20,000 nucleotides of DNA from an uncultured virus (IMG/VR IMGVR_UViG_3300047443_000138) (IMGVR_UViG_3300047443_000138), one strand, 5' to 3'. Counted from the stretch's first letter, positions 7,769-15,891 are shown. Translations and numbers: made by a program. Notes: generated by a model from the letters alone, not told the origin.

Positions 7769-8347
7769 TCAGTGCCGGTGGGGCTCGACGTAGGGCTCGG
7801 GCCCGCTCACCTCGGTCGAGCCGTCCTCGAAGACGGTGATGGTCGTGAGCTGCGGGCCTCGTTCGAAGCGGGCGCGGCGTTCCAGCTCCTTGGCCCATCC
7901 GGCGTCACTGTTCCGCCGGGCGATGGCCGCGACGACGGCCTTGTCCTCGGCAGCTTGCGCGGCCTCGTCGCGGACGGTGCGCATCTTCTCGGCGAGGGCG
8001 CCAAGCCGCTCCGTGGCCTCCGACAGCACATCGACGCTGCGGGCGGTACGGGCGATCTCGGCCCAGCCGTAGGCGACGTCGTCGAACGTTGCGTAGTCGG
8101 TGATAGCGCGCCGGTTGGCGTCGTTGAGGGCGTACCGGTCGTTGCCGCGGCCAGCCTTGCCGAGGGCAATGCGGGTCGCACGCACGACCTTCGCCGCGAG
8201 GGAGCGCCCCTCCGTCAGCTCTTGGGCGATCAGCCATTCGGACGGGTCGCTGCTGACGCGTTCGTGCGTGAAGCAGCTGGCGCGCTCAGCGTGCTCTGCC
8301 TTGGCGGCCCACTCTTCACGGCTCGGCCAGTTGGCGGTACGCGGCAT
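7769..8347 (-). CDS. Hypothetical helical protein (192 aa)
   Basis: ATG at 8347 with RBS AGGGGAG, downstream of the promoter at 8388-8416. Confidence 0.75.
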   Translation of the reverse strand: MPRTANWPSREEWAAKAEHAERASCFTHERVSSDPSEWLIAQELTEGRSLAAKVVRATRIALGKAGRGNDRYALNDANRRAITDYATFDDVAYGWAEIARTARSVDVLSEATERLGALAEKMRTVRDEAAQAAEDKAVVAAIARRNSDAGWAKELERRARFERGPQLTTITVFEDGSTEVSGPEPYVEPHRH

Positions 8348-8387
8348 CTTCGTTCTCCCCTGGTCTGTCGTCCTTGGCGATAACTCA

Positions 8388-8444
8388 ACTGTAGCCACAG
8401 TGTGGCCACACGACAAGTCCCGTGAGAAGATTCGTGTGGCCACA
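8388..8444. promoter_or_regulatory. Divergent promoter region with three TGT(G/A)GCCACA operators
   Basis: Sites at 8390-8399, 8401-8410, 8435-8444; minus-strand promoter TTGTCG (8411-8416) - 17 nt - TACAGT (8388-8393). Confidence 0.75.
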
Positions 8445-8466
8445 GACGCACCTACAGGGAGGTCAC

Positions 8467-8691
8467 ATGGCAGGCACCAGGGGCCCGACCGGACTCAGGA
8501 AGTTCCGCGCACCAGCTGACCTGTGGAAACGGTTCGGCGACGCAGTGGAAGGAAGCCCGGACCCGGAGGCGGACATGTCGAAGGTGCTCCGCCAATTCCT
8601 CCGCTGGTACGTCCACGAGCCCGGAGCGAAGCAGCCCGACCGCCCCGCAGCTGGCCCATGGTCAAAGCCCGGCGACGGCGCCGACGCCTGA
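8467..8691 (+). CDS. Ribbon-helix-helix-like transcriptional regulator
   Basis: RBS GGGAGG; TGLRKFRAPADLWKRF...DMSKVLRQFLRWYV fits a beta-strand plus two helices (Arc/CopG pattern). Confidence 0.7.
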   Translation: MAGTRGPTGLRKFRAPADLWKRFGDAVEGSPDPEADMSKVLRQFLRWYVHEPGAKQPDRPAAGPWSKPGDGADA

Positions 8692-8750
8692 CCGCGCCCG
8701 CTTCCCTCATTCCGCCCCGTCTCCCCCACCACCCCGGGCACACTGCCGGT

Positions 8751-8951
8751 ATGGCGTTGCGTTTCACGGTGCAGGGTGACGACGAGCAGGAGACGGCGGC
8801 CGGGCTGCAGCTCCTGCTCGACGCCGGGTTAGAGGTGGCACGGCGGCCTGTCGACACGATCGGCAACGGCTGGATGGCCCGCGCCGTCCCCGCCCGCACG
8901 ACGAAGGCCCCGACCGTGGATGGCGGTCGGGGCCCTGGCGTTTCCGGCTAG
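8751..8951 (+). CDS. Small hypothetical protein (66 aa), probably leaderless, with a TTA codon
   Basis: CACACT 6 nt before ATG 8751; TTA at 8829-8831. Confidence 0.6.
   Translation: MALRFTVQGDDEQETAAGLQLLLDAGLEVARRPVDTIGNGWMARAVPARTTKAPTVDGGRGPGVSG
8901..8934 (-). terminator. Terminator closing the long minus-strand transfer-region operon
   Basis: 11-bp stem GGCCCCGACCG/CGGTCGGGGCC (8906-8934) followed by TTCGT on the minus strand, just after the stop at 8948. Confidence 0.65.
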
Positions 8952-9022
8952 CGCGGTTCCCTTGCGGGCGGCGCCGGCGGGATCGGTTCGGCGCTGCTGC
9001 TGTCGACGCGATGCCCGTCCTC

Positions 9023-10439
9023 GGTCGTGTCCCTTGTCGTGGTGTAGCCGATCATCCGGCGGTCGTGTTGGTGGTGTTGGGTAGCGCGGGGGCGCTTTCG
9101 GGGCGCTCGGCGGGGTAGAGCTGGTCCATGCTTCCCTCGGGCAGGTAGCGCCGGGGGAAGGCGATCCACTCGTCGTGCAGTTCGAAGAGCACGGCGGTGA
9201 CGAGTCGCAGGAGTGCGTCGTCGTTGGGGAAGACCTGGACGACGTCGGTGCGGCGCTTGACCTCGCGGTTGATCCGCTCCAGCGGGTTCGTGGACTGGAT
9301 CTTCTTCCAATGTCGCTCGGGGAAGGAGGCGAAGGCGGTCAGGTCGTCCTTCGCCTCCAGCAGCATGTCTTTGACCTTGGGGAACTGCTTTCCGAGCATG
9401 TCGGCGACGGTGTCGAGCTGGGTGCGGACCGCATCCGCGGTGGGCTGGGCGAAGATCGTGCGGATCGTGGCGGCGGCCATCTCGGCGGCTTCCTTGTTGA
9501 TCACGCTGAACACGTTGCGCAGGAAGTGAACCCTGCAGCGCTGGTACGCGGCCCCGAGCATGACCTTGCGGATGGCTTTGACTAGCCCCAGGTGGTGGTC
9601 GCCGATGACGAGCCGGACCCCGATCAGACCGCGTTCGCGCAGGTGACGCAGGAACTCGGTCCAGAACACCTCGGTTTCGCTGTCGCCGACCATCACGCCC
9701 AGCACCTCCCGGCCGCCGTCCTCGGTGATCCCGGTGGCGATCACCACGGCGCGGGACACGATCTGGTGCTCGACCCGCGCCTTGCAGTAGGTCGCGTCCA
9801 GATAGACGTACGGGAAGCGGATGTGGTCCAGGGGCCGGGCACGGAACGCGGTCAGTTGGCCGTCCAGGTCCTGGCAGATCCGCGAGACCTCGCTCTTGGA
9901 GATCCCGGTGTCCGCGCCGAGGGCCTTGACCAGGTCGTCGACCGACCGCGTGGACACGCCGTGGACGTAGGCCTCCATGATGACCGCATACAGGGCCTGG
10001 TCGATGCGGCGACGCCGCTCCAGCAGGGCGGGGAAGAAGCTGCCCGACCGCAGTTTGGGGATCGCGAGGTCCAGGTCGCCGGCCTGAGTGCTGAGCGTCT
10101 TGTCGCGGTGGCCGTTGCGAAGCGCGGTGCGCGTGTCGGTGTGCTCGTTCCACTCCGCGCCGATCCGGATCGTGGCCTCGGCCTCGATCAGCTCCTGGAG
10201 CATCCGCTCGGCCACATTGCGGACGAGTTCGAGCCCGTCCGCCGAACGTAGTGACTCAAGCAGCCGGAGTAAGTCATGCTGAGACAGGGCCATCCTGCAC
10301 CTCCCGCGTTGAACTGCCCGTTCACTACGGAGAGTTGCACGATGGCCCACCTTGCGGGCAGGGAGCGAAAACCCATCGGCATACGCCCCCGGCGCACTCC
10401 CTAACCTTGATCGGCTACACCACGTCAAGGGACGCCATC
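9023..10439 (-). mobile_element. IS256-family insertion sequence (1417 bp)
   Basis: 32-bp terminal inverted repeats (9023-9054, 10408-10439; 28/32 match), 8-bp target duplication CCGTCCTC at 9015-9022 and 10440-10447. Confidence 0.95.
9052..10293 (-). CDS. tnp: IS256-family (Mutator-like) DDE transposase
   Basis: 413 aa from ATG at 10293; RNGHR, IPKLRSGSFFP, GVSTR, YLDAT, QRCRVHF, STNPLERINREVKRRT motifs. Confidence 0.97.
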   Translation of the reverse strand: MALSQHDLLRLLESLRSADGLELVRNVAERMLQELIEAEATIRIGAEWNEHTDTRTALRNGHRDKTLSTQAGDLDLAIPKLRSGSFFPALLERRRRIDQALYAVIMEAYVHGVSTRSVDDLVKALGADTGISKSEVSRICQDLDGQLTAFRARPLDHIRFPYVYLDATYCKARVEHQIVSRAVVIATGITEDGGREVLGVMVGDSETEVFWTEFLRHLRERGLIGVRLVIGDHHLGLVKAIRKVMLGAAYQRCRVHFLRNVFSVINKEAAEMAAATIRTIFAQPTADAVRTQLDTVADMLGKQFPKVKDMLLEAKDDLTAFASFPERHWKKIQSTNPLERINREVKRRTDVVQVFPNDDALLRLVTAVLFELHDEWIAFPRRYLPEGSMDQLYPAERPESAPALPNTTNTTAG

Positions 10440-10575
10440 CCGTCCTCGCACACCTTCTCGGCGACGGCCGCGAGTGCGGCTTCCTCGTCGGGTGCATCCA
10501 GGTAGCGCTCGATGGTGCCGGGCCAGTCGAACTGACCGTGCTGGACCCTGGCGGTGACGCGCCAAAGCGGCATGG

Positions 10576-10797
10576 TCAGATGCCCTTGGCGAGGTGCTTG
10601 AACCTCTTGGGCAGCTTCTTCCCGGCGTCGATGACGGCCTGGTTGAGGCGCTGGTACTCGGCGGTTTCGTGGGTGATTCCGGCGGCCGATTCGCTGGCGG
10701 TGTTGGTGTACAGGTCGGCCTGGGCGCGTCGGAAGGCGGCGAGGAGGTCGTTCTCGGCGGCGTAGGCGCGGAGCTCTTCGGGGGTGGGCTGGGACAT
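10576..10797 (-). CDS. Hypothetical protein (73 aa)
   Basis: RBS GGAG, operon packing. Confidence 0.7.
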   Translation of the reverse strand: MSQPTPEELRAYAAENDLLAAFRRAQADLYTNTASESAAGITHETAEYQRLNQAVIDAGKKLPKRFKHLAKGI

Positions 10798-10811
10798 GAT
10801 GGGTCTCCGTT

Positions 10812-10982
10812 TCAGTAAGAGGCGGGGATGGGCCGTTCGGGGTGACGGACGTGGAATCCGGCGGCGAGCATGGCGTACTGGTCGTCCTTCTGGACGCCTC
10901 GCTCTCCACAGCTACAGGTCCAGGTGATTCCGTCGGTGGTGGCCTTGTGGCCGTTCCGGCGGTTGTTGTACACGCCGTTCAT
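10812..10982 (-). CDS. Small putative metal-binding protein (56 aa)
   Basis: Manual translation MNGVYNNRRNGHKATTDGITWTCSCGERGVQKDDQYAMLAAGFHVRHPERPIPASY; H...WTCSCG...H motif. Confidence 0.6.
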   Translation of the reverse strand: MNGVYNNRRNGHKATTDGITWTCSCGERGVQKDDQYAMLAAGFHVRHPERPIPASY

Positions 10983-10986
10983 TCCG

Positions 10987-11190
10987 TCACCTGCCGATCG
11001 CGTTGCCGGGGGTCATGCGGACTTTGCCGTCCTCTTCGAGGACTACCTGGTGGTGCTCGTCGCAGAAGTACTTGCCGCGGGCCTTGCGTTCGGAGCAGTA
11101 CTCGGACCACGGCATGCCGTAGGCGATCTGATAGCCGCAGATCTGCCCGCCCGGATCGGGCTCAGTTCGGGTGGTCCTGGCCACCGTCAT
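10987..11190 (-). CDS. CCCH-type Zn-finger small protein, paralog B (67 aa)
   Basis: GGQICGYQ...YC.ERK..G.Y.C..HH...DG..RM.PGN..GR shared with the neighbour; ATGA overlap. Confidence 0.75.
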   Translation of the reverse strand: MTVARTTRTEPDPGGQICGYQIAYGMPWSEYCSERKARGKYFCDEHHQVVLEEDGKVRMTPGNAIGR

Positions 11191-11420
11191 CGCCCCTTCA
11201 CGTTGCCGGGGGCCATGCGGATGCGCCCGTCGGGCTCGTCGAGCACCAGCCAGTCGTGATGCGGCTGGCACCAGTACAGGCCCTTGACTTTGCGTTCGCC
11301 GCAGTAAGAGTGCATGCCGGGGAACTGATAGCCGCAGATCTGGCCGCCACGGCTGGGTTCGTGGCCACGGATGACGTTCTTCGGTTTCCCGTCGGGCTGC
11401 GCGGGATCGTAGATGTCCAT
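11187..11420 (-). CDS. CCCH-type Zn-finger small protein, paralog A (77 aa)
   Basis: Same motif set as 10987-11190; ATG at 11420 just after the upstream stop. Confidence 0.75.
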   Translation of the reverse strand: MDIYDPAQPDGKPKNVIRGHEPSRGGQICGYQFPGMHSYCGERKVKGLYWCQPHHDWLVLDEPDGRIRMAPGNVKGR

Positions 11421-11422
11421 GG

Positions 11423-11725
11423 TCAGCTCCACTCCCAGGTCTGGCCTGCACGGGCCGCACGTTTGGCGGAGTCACCGATGAGGATTGCGAGGTCTCCCCA
11501 GCCGGGTTCCATGGCTCGATGCCCTGCGGCCTTGTGAAGGAGGTCGCCGATGCGTCCGGCTTCGGCGGGCGGCGTGTGCACCGGGGTGTAGAGCCGTCCG
11601 TCGAAGAGGTGGGCGAGCTCCCTCCATTCGCTGCTGGTGAGGGCGTGGGCGAGGTGCTGGCCGAGGTTGCCGATCGTGGTCGCGGAACGGGTGGACGGGA
11701 CGCCGTGACTGATGCTGATTCCCAT
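11423..11725 (-). CDS. Hypothetical protein of a type seen in Streptomyces mobile elements
   Basis: 100 aa, RBS AAGGA; begins MGISISHG, ends AARAGQTWEWS. Confidence 0.75.
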   Translation of the reverse strand: MGISISHGVPSTRSATTIGNLGQHLAHALTSSEWRELAHLFDGRLYTPVHTPPAEAGRIGDLLHKAAGHRAMEPGWGDLAILIGDSAKRAARAGQTWEWS

Positions 11726-11740
11726 GCGGATCCTTTCGGG

Positions 11741-12256
11741 TTAGAGGCTGCGGCCGTGGGCGAGTTCGGCGGCCCGGTCGAAGGCGAGCAGTACGGGCGC
11801 GGGGCTGGTCTGGGCGGCGTTCCAGGACGGGATCGTTGCCGCATCACGGAAGTCCCGCTGGATGCTTTCGAGGAGGAGCACGCAGGCGTCATCGGCTTCA
11901 TGCCGGCTGGCGGCTTCGAGGCGGATGGCCCGGATCGGGCAGACGGCGCCTTGGTCGTCGTACAGGGCGTCGCGGCACCATCCGTCAGCAACGATCCGGT
12001 TGCGCGCCCGGTGGAACAGGCCGGCGATCCGCGTGCTGTACGGGCTGGGCGCCAGGGTCGGGGTGAGCGGCAAGGGCGCCGTGATCTCGGGGGTGTCGGT
12101 CGCGATGTGGGCGCTGTTGATGTCGACGGCGAGGACGGCGGTGGTGCAGCGTCCGTCCATTACGGCGAGGGTGAGCGCCATTCGTGCGTCCAGGTCGAGC
12201 TCGACCGGGGCGGCGGTGGCGGGCAGGCTTGCCTGCACCGGGGTGAGCGTGGTCAT
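11741..12256 (-). CDS. DUF6197-like protein
   Basis: GWCR...GAVC...AI...IPSWN...VL..FDRAA motif pattern; RBS AAGGG. Confidence 0.7.
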   Translation of the reverse strand: MTTLTPVQASLPATAAPVELDLDARMALTLAVMDGRCTTAVLAVDINSAHIATDTPEITAPLPLTPTLAPSPYSTRIAGLFHRARNRIVADGWCRDALYDDQGAVCPIRAIRLEAASRHEADDACVLLLESIQRDFRDAATIPSWNAAQTSPAPVLLAFDRAAELAHGRSL

Positions 12257-12296
12257 ATCTGCGTGCCCTTCTGCGCGTTCGCGTGCGCTGGGTAGT

Positions 12297-12337
12297 GGGG
12301 CGCCCCTGGTCGCTTCCAGGCATTCGAGGGGCGCCCC
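12297..12337. other. Intergenic inverted repeat
   Basis: GGGGCGCCCCT...AGGGGCGCCCC, 11-bp arms that each contain the palindrome GGGGCGCCCC. Confidence 0.55.
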
Positions 12338-12344
12338 GGCTGAG

Positions 12345-12533
12345 TTACTGGCTGGCGCGCTTCCGCGCTTCGTCCTCGATCTCGTGGAAGGTCCAACCGG
12401 CAGCCTTGGCCTTGTCGGTGCTCTCGTCGGCCGTAAGGAACTCAGGTCCGGCGAAGACGTCCTTCCGCATGAGCGTCAGGACGACGACGGCATCCCTGAC
12501 TGCGGTCTCGAAGAGTCGCTGCTTGTCGGTCAT
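12345..12533 (-). CDS. Hypothetical protein (62 aa)
   Basis: Operon packing. Confidence 0.6.
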   Translation of the reverse strand: MTDKQRLFETAVRDAVVVLTLMRKDVFAGPEFLTADESTDKAKAAGWTFHEIEDEARKRASQ

Positions 12534-12538
12534 CGCGC

Positions 12539-12730
12539 TCAGACCCCTTCGCCGAAGCGGACGTGCATGGTGGCGTGGTACAGCTCGGTGATCTCACTGC
12601 CGTCAGTGGTGCGGGTGTCGAAGCGGGCCTTCACCTCGGCGATGATCCGGTCGGTGGTCTTGCGGTCGCCGCGCTTCTTCGCGGCGATGTAGTCGTGGAC
12701 GGACTGGTGGGTGATCTTCGGGTCGGACAT
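12539..12730 (-). CDS. Hypothetical helical protein (63 aa)
   Basis: RBS AAGGAG. Confidence 0.7.
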   Translation of the reverse strand: MSDPKITHQSVHDYIAAKKRGDRKTTDRIIAEVKARFDTRTTDGSEITELYHATMHVRFGEGV

Positions 12731-12739
12731 GGGTTCTCC

Positions 12740-13141
12740 TTACGGGCGGCGGGCGTTGAGGGCGCGGCGCTGGCGGGGGGTCAGGTTCTGACTGTTGATC
12801 TTCTCCAGGCCGCGGATCTCGTCCTCATCGAGGACGCCTTCGTAGTTGTCGCCGAGCGGCCCGGCGACCTGCGGGGCGGGCCCGGACAGGTTGCGCATCC
12901 CGGCGGGCGGCTGCTCATAGACGGGGCCGAACCGCTGGCACAGGGTGACCGCATCGACCGCACCGGAGCACGGGGTGCCGGTGATCGGGCGCCGGGAGTC
13001 GAAGACGTGCTCGCTGTAGGTGTGGCTGTCCTCGTAGGAGCCGAGGTTCCTCGCGTGCGAGTTGACCGTGTAGTAGGACTTGCCGAGCTGTACCTGACGG
13101 GCGAACTTCTTCGCGTCGCCGGGGCTCCAGGTCTTTGGCAT
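12740..13141 (-). CDS. Hypothetical protein (133 aa)
   Basis: RBS AAGGAG, high GC3. Confidence 0.75.
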   Translation of the reverse strand: MPKTWSPGDAKKFARQVQLGKSYYTVNSHARNLGSYEDSHTYSEHVFDSRRPITGTPCSGAVDAVTLCQRFGPVYEQPPAGMRNLSGPAPQVAGPLGDNYEGVLDEDEIRGLEKINSQNLTPRQRRALNARRP

Positions 13142-13173
13142 AGCGGATCTCCTTGCAGTTGGCGGGGTTGGGG

Positions 13174-13359
13174 TTAGAGGCTCTTGAGTTCGTAGTGGAG
13201 GGTCAGGTTCTCGAGCGCGGTCTCAACCGCCGGCCCGCCGTAGCGGTTGACGAGGGCCTGGATCCCGCGGGCCGCTGCCTTCTTGTCGCCGCGGGCCATG
13301 TGGGGCTCGACGGCGCGCTCGTAGGCGTTGATGATCTGGTTGTGCAGCTTCTGGTCCAC
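13174..13359 (-). CDS. Hypothetical helical protein (61 aa)
   Basis: GTG start with RBS AAAGGAG. Confidence 0.7.
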   Translation of the reverse strand: MDQKLHNQIINAYERAVEPHMARGDKKAAARGIQALVNRYGGPAVETALENLTLHYELKSL

Positions 13360-13397
13360 GCAGGGACTCCTTTTCGGTTTGTTGTGGTTTGCTCTTA

Positions 13398-13547
13398 CTG
13401 CTCAGCCCTGCTCAGACGGGAAACGTGCAGGTCAGGTCTGCTCACGGCCCTGCTCACACGCTGCTCAGAGCAGTCGTTGAGCAGTCCCTGAGCAGTAGGC
13501 TGAGCAGCCGTGACCTGCGGCTTTGCGGCGTGAGCAGAGCTGAGCAG
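13398..13547. repeat. Symmetric heptamer array; candidate clt (cis-acting locus of transfer)
   Basis: CTGCTCA at 13398, 13408, 13438, 13450, 13461; TGAGCAG at 13478, 13489, 13501, 13531, 13541; non-coding, directly downstream of traB. The repeats are certain, the clt function is inferred. Confidence 0.8.
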
Positions 13548-13580
13548 GGCCTGATCAGGGGTACATACTTCGCGTACCGG

Positions 13581-15827
13581 TCACAACAGGTGGCGGAGCC
13601 GATCACGCTTGAAGCCGCGCGGACTCTTCTCCTCGCCGATCGGACCGAGCGTGATCGGGGCCCCGGCGCCGGCCTTCTTCATCAGCGCCTTGAACTCCTC
13701 GGCCGTCATCAGGCCGTAGACGTCAAGGTCGTACTCCTGCACGGCGGCGAGAAGCGTCTCGGTCTTCATCCGGTCGACGTTCGCCTTCTCCATGACGGCG
13801 ACCGCGTCCTCGACAGCCTGCCGGGGAGCCCCGTCCTCGAGCGGCCCGCGCTCGACAGGCTGCGCGCCGCACAGGCGCAGCAGCTGATCCCAGGTGAGGA
13901 GTTCGACCGGGGCCGGCTTCTTGATGTCGCCATCCTTGTCGTACTCCGGCTCGGTGTACTCGGGCAAGTCGACGTTGCGCATGCCATCGAGGCTGTCCTG
14001 GTCGGGCTCGAGCAGCCCGGCTTCGGCGCGCTCTTGGGCGAGCTTCCGCAGCGCGGCCGAGTCCGCTTCGTGGATTGCGTACTCGATCGGCTCGTCCGCC
14101 ATGCCGGGCACGCCCTGGATGAAGATGTGGCCGGCGTCCTTCGGGTCGGTGTCGGTGGCTGGGGACAGCTTGTGCGGCAGGTAGCCCTCTCGCACGGCGT
14201 CGTCGCCGAAGACGGCCCGCGCGTCGCCGACCTTGCAAGGCCCGACACCCTTGAGCGCCATCATCTGGGCGATGTTCTCGCCGAGGTACCGGGTGGTGGC
14301 GCCCTGGGAGGCGTACTGCACCTGGATGAGTTCCTTGCGGCCCACGATGAGCAGGTCGAAGGCGAGCAGCTTGGCGAGGTCGGACAGCTTCGGGAACTCG
14401 TCGATGAAGATCGTGACGGCGGGGCGTTCGGCGCTGGGCTTCCACGTCTTGCCCATGCCGAACTTCTTGCGGAGTCGGGCCCGGACCTTCGACATCACCA
14501 GGAAGAACAGCAGCACAGCCTCGATCTGCTCGTTCGACCGGGCGGTGATCCGCACGGCGTCGCCAAGGTCTTCGAGGCCGTCGCCGTGCGGGTCGCAGTC
14601 GATGGTGATGTTGTCGTAGCAGGCGGTGGTGCCCTCGGCGAGGGACTGCAGAATGCCCGTCTTGCCGCCGCCCGAAGCCGCTACCCACAGGCCCATGACG
14701 CCAGCCAGTGAGATTTCCAGCGGGTCGCCGCCAACCGAGGTGCCAATACGGAAGCGGTCGGTGATCGACAGGGACTTGGGGGCGCGGTAGGGCAGGCCGG
14801 GGGCGCTGGCGAACGGGTTCCCTTCGACGAGGCGGAGGATGGCGCAGGCGCGACGTGCGCGCAGGGGCTGTGGGCGGACGCCGTTGGTGGGCAGGTCGAA
14901 CTTGGTCTCCAAGTCGCCAGCCTTGGCGATGATGGCCTCCGGGGTGCCTTCGTCGACGCGCACGACACACTGCCAGCCCCACGGCTGCCGCTGCACGTCG
15001 GACACCTCGACGATCGGCACGCTTTCAGCCCGTGCCGCCAGCAGCACACACTGGGCGAGCTGGTCAGGGGTGCGTGCGCCCCTGATCGGGAACGGCTTGG
15101 CGCCTTCGGGCAGCTGCTCGACGGACATGACGACGTTCCCGCCGGCGATCGGCGTCGCTCCCCCGGCCGGGTCCGCCTGGAACGTGGCGGGCAGGCTGGC
15201 CGGGGTCAGACCGAAAGGGACCTCGCCCTCCGTGCCGGTGCGGGCAGTGAAGGGGCGGGAAAGCAGGTACCAGCCGTAGCCGGCAGCGGTGACGACGACG
15301 CCGAGCAGTAGCGGCTGGCCGGTAGCGGCCTGCTCGATGGCGGCACCGAAGGCAGGCAGGGATGCGAGTCCGCCACCTGCGACTATCGCAGCGCGCCCAG
15401 CTTTCTTGCCGTGTCGATGATTGGCGATCTCCCGGCCGGTGGGGGGCATGACGGGAATAGCCTGTAGTCCGGCGAGTTTGGCTTCTTCTGCGGCGACTCG
15501 GCCGGCAAGGCTTGCGAGGCTGCCTGCGCTGCCGCCGTTCTCGTCGTGTTCGGCGCGGGTCTTGGCGACGGCGAACCGGGCGTGAGCTTCGGCGACGATC
15601 CGCTGCTGCTGGCCGATCCGGGTGTCGTACTTGCGCTGCTTGGACTCGGTGGCGGCCTGCACGACATCGATGTGGTCGAGGTCTCCGGTGGCCAGCCACT
15701 CCTTCATCCGGGCCGTGAAGTGGCCGCGCTGCTCCTTGAATGCGGCCTTGGCCCGGTCGCCGCGGGTGGGCTCGGGGGTGATGTCGGTGGGCTGCTTCTC
15801 GACGTCGGGCTGCGCTTCGGTGGCCAC
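13581..15827 (-). CDS. traB: TraB-like FtsK/SpoIIIE conjugative dsDNA translocase
   Basis: 748 aa; two N-terminal hydrophobic segments, Walker A AASGGGKT, Walker B TIFIDE, GRK motif, C-terminal winged-helix-like domain; next to spd-like genes. Confidence 0.85.
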   Translation of the reverse strand: MATEAQPDVEKQPTDITPEPTRGDRAKAAFKEQRGHFTARMKEWLATGDLDHIDVVQAATESKQRKYDTRIGQQQRIVAEAHARFAVAKTRAEHDENGGSAGSLASLAGRVAAEEAKLAGLQAIPVMPPTGREIANHRHGKKAGRAAIVAGGGLASLPAFGAAIEQAATGQPLLLGVVVTAAGYGWYLLSRPFTARTGTEGEVPFGLTPASLPATFQADPAGGATPIAGGNVVMSVEQLPEGAKPFPIRGARTPDQLAQCVLLAARAESVPIVEVSDVQRQPWGWQCVVRVDEGTPEAIIAKAGDLETKFDLPTNGVRPQPLRARRACAILRLVEGNPFASAPGLPYRAPKSLSITDRFRIGTSVGGDPLEISLAGVMGLWVAASGGGKTGILQSLAEGTTACYDNITIDCDPHGDGLEDLGDAVRITARSNEQIEAVLLFFLVMSKVRARLRKKFGMGKTWKPSAERPAVTIFIDEFPKLSDLAKLLAFDLLIVGRKELIQVQYASQGATTRYLGENIAQMMALKGVGPCKVGDARAVFGDDAVREGYLPHKLSPATDTDPKDAGHIFIQGVPGMADEPIEYAIHEADSAALRKLAQERAEAGLLEPDQDSLDGMRNVDLPEYTEPEYDKDGDIKKPAPVELLTWDQLLRLCGAQPVERGPLEDGAPRQAVEDAVAVMEKANVDRMKTETLLAAVQEYDLDVYGLMTAEEFKALMKKAGAGAPITLGPIGEEKSPRGFKRDRLRHLL

Positions 15828-15854
15828 TGGCCGGGTTCCTTCCGTGAGTTGGGG

Positions 15855-15879
15855 CGGGGCCCGCGGTGTGCGGGCCCCG
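15855..15879. terminator. Stem-loop upstream of traB (terminator or attenuator candidate)
   Basis: 10-bp stem CGGGGCCCGC/GCGGGCCCCG with a 5-nt loop. Confidence 0.5.
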
Positions 15880-15891
15880 TGGGCTGGTGGC

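Larger units (their letters stand above)
8948..10573 (-). pseudogene. 66-aa hypothetical gene interrupted by IS256
   Basis: Removing the IS and one target duplication joins MPLWRV...AEKVCEDG (10573-10440) in frame to HRVDSSSAEPIPPAPPAREPR* (9014-8948). Confidence 0.85.

Noticed and set aside
8948..10153. 401-aa alternative-frame ORF within the IS
   Set aside because: Shadow frame; only its final codons belong to the interrupted gene.
10294..10497. 481-aa extended transposase start
   Set aside because: The extension crosses the IS end at 10439; ATG 10293 has an RBS (GGGAGG) and gives a typical IS256 length.
10987..11420. Paralog pair as DGR template/variable repeat
   Set aside because: Differences include indels and non-adenine changes; no reverse transcriptase in the window.
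13398..13547. Repeat array as CRISPR
   Set aside because: Repeats are only 7 nt, switch orientation and have short irregular spacers; no cas genes in the window.
13389..14711. Long plus-strand ORFs (also 4365-5627 and 16650-17951)
   Set aside because: Antisense shadows of high-GC3 minus-strand genes with no recognisable motifs.
13581..15827. ATPase as chromosomal FtsK, type VII EccC or phage packaging ATPase
   Set aside because: Single ATPase domain with spd-like neighbours and a downstream repeat locus fits TraB; a separate terminase is already present.
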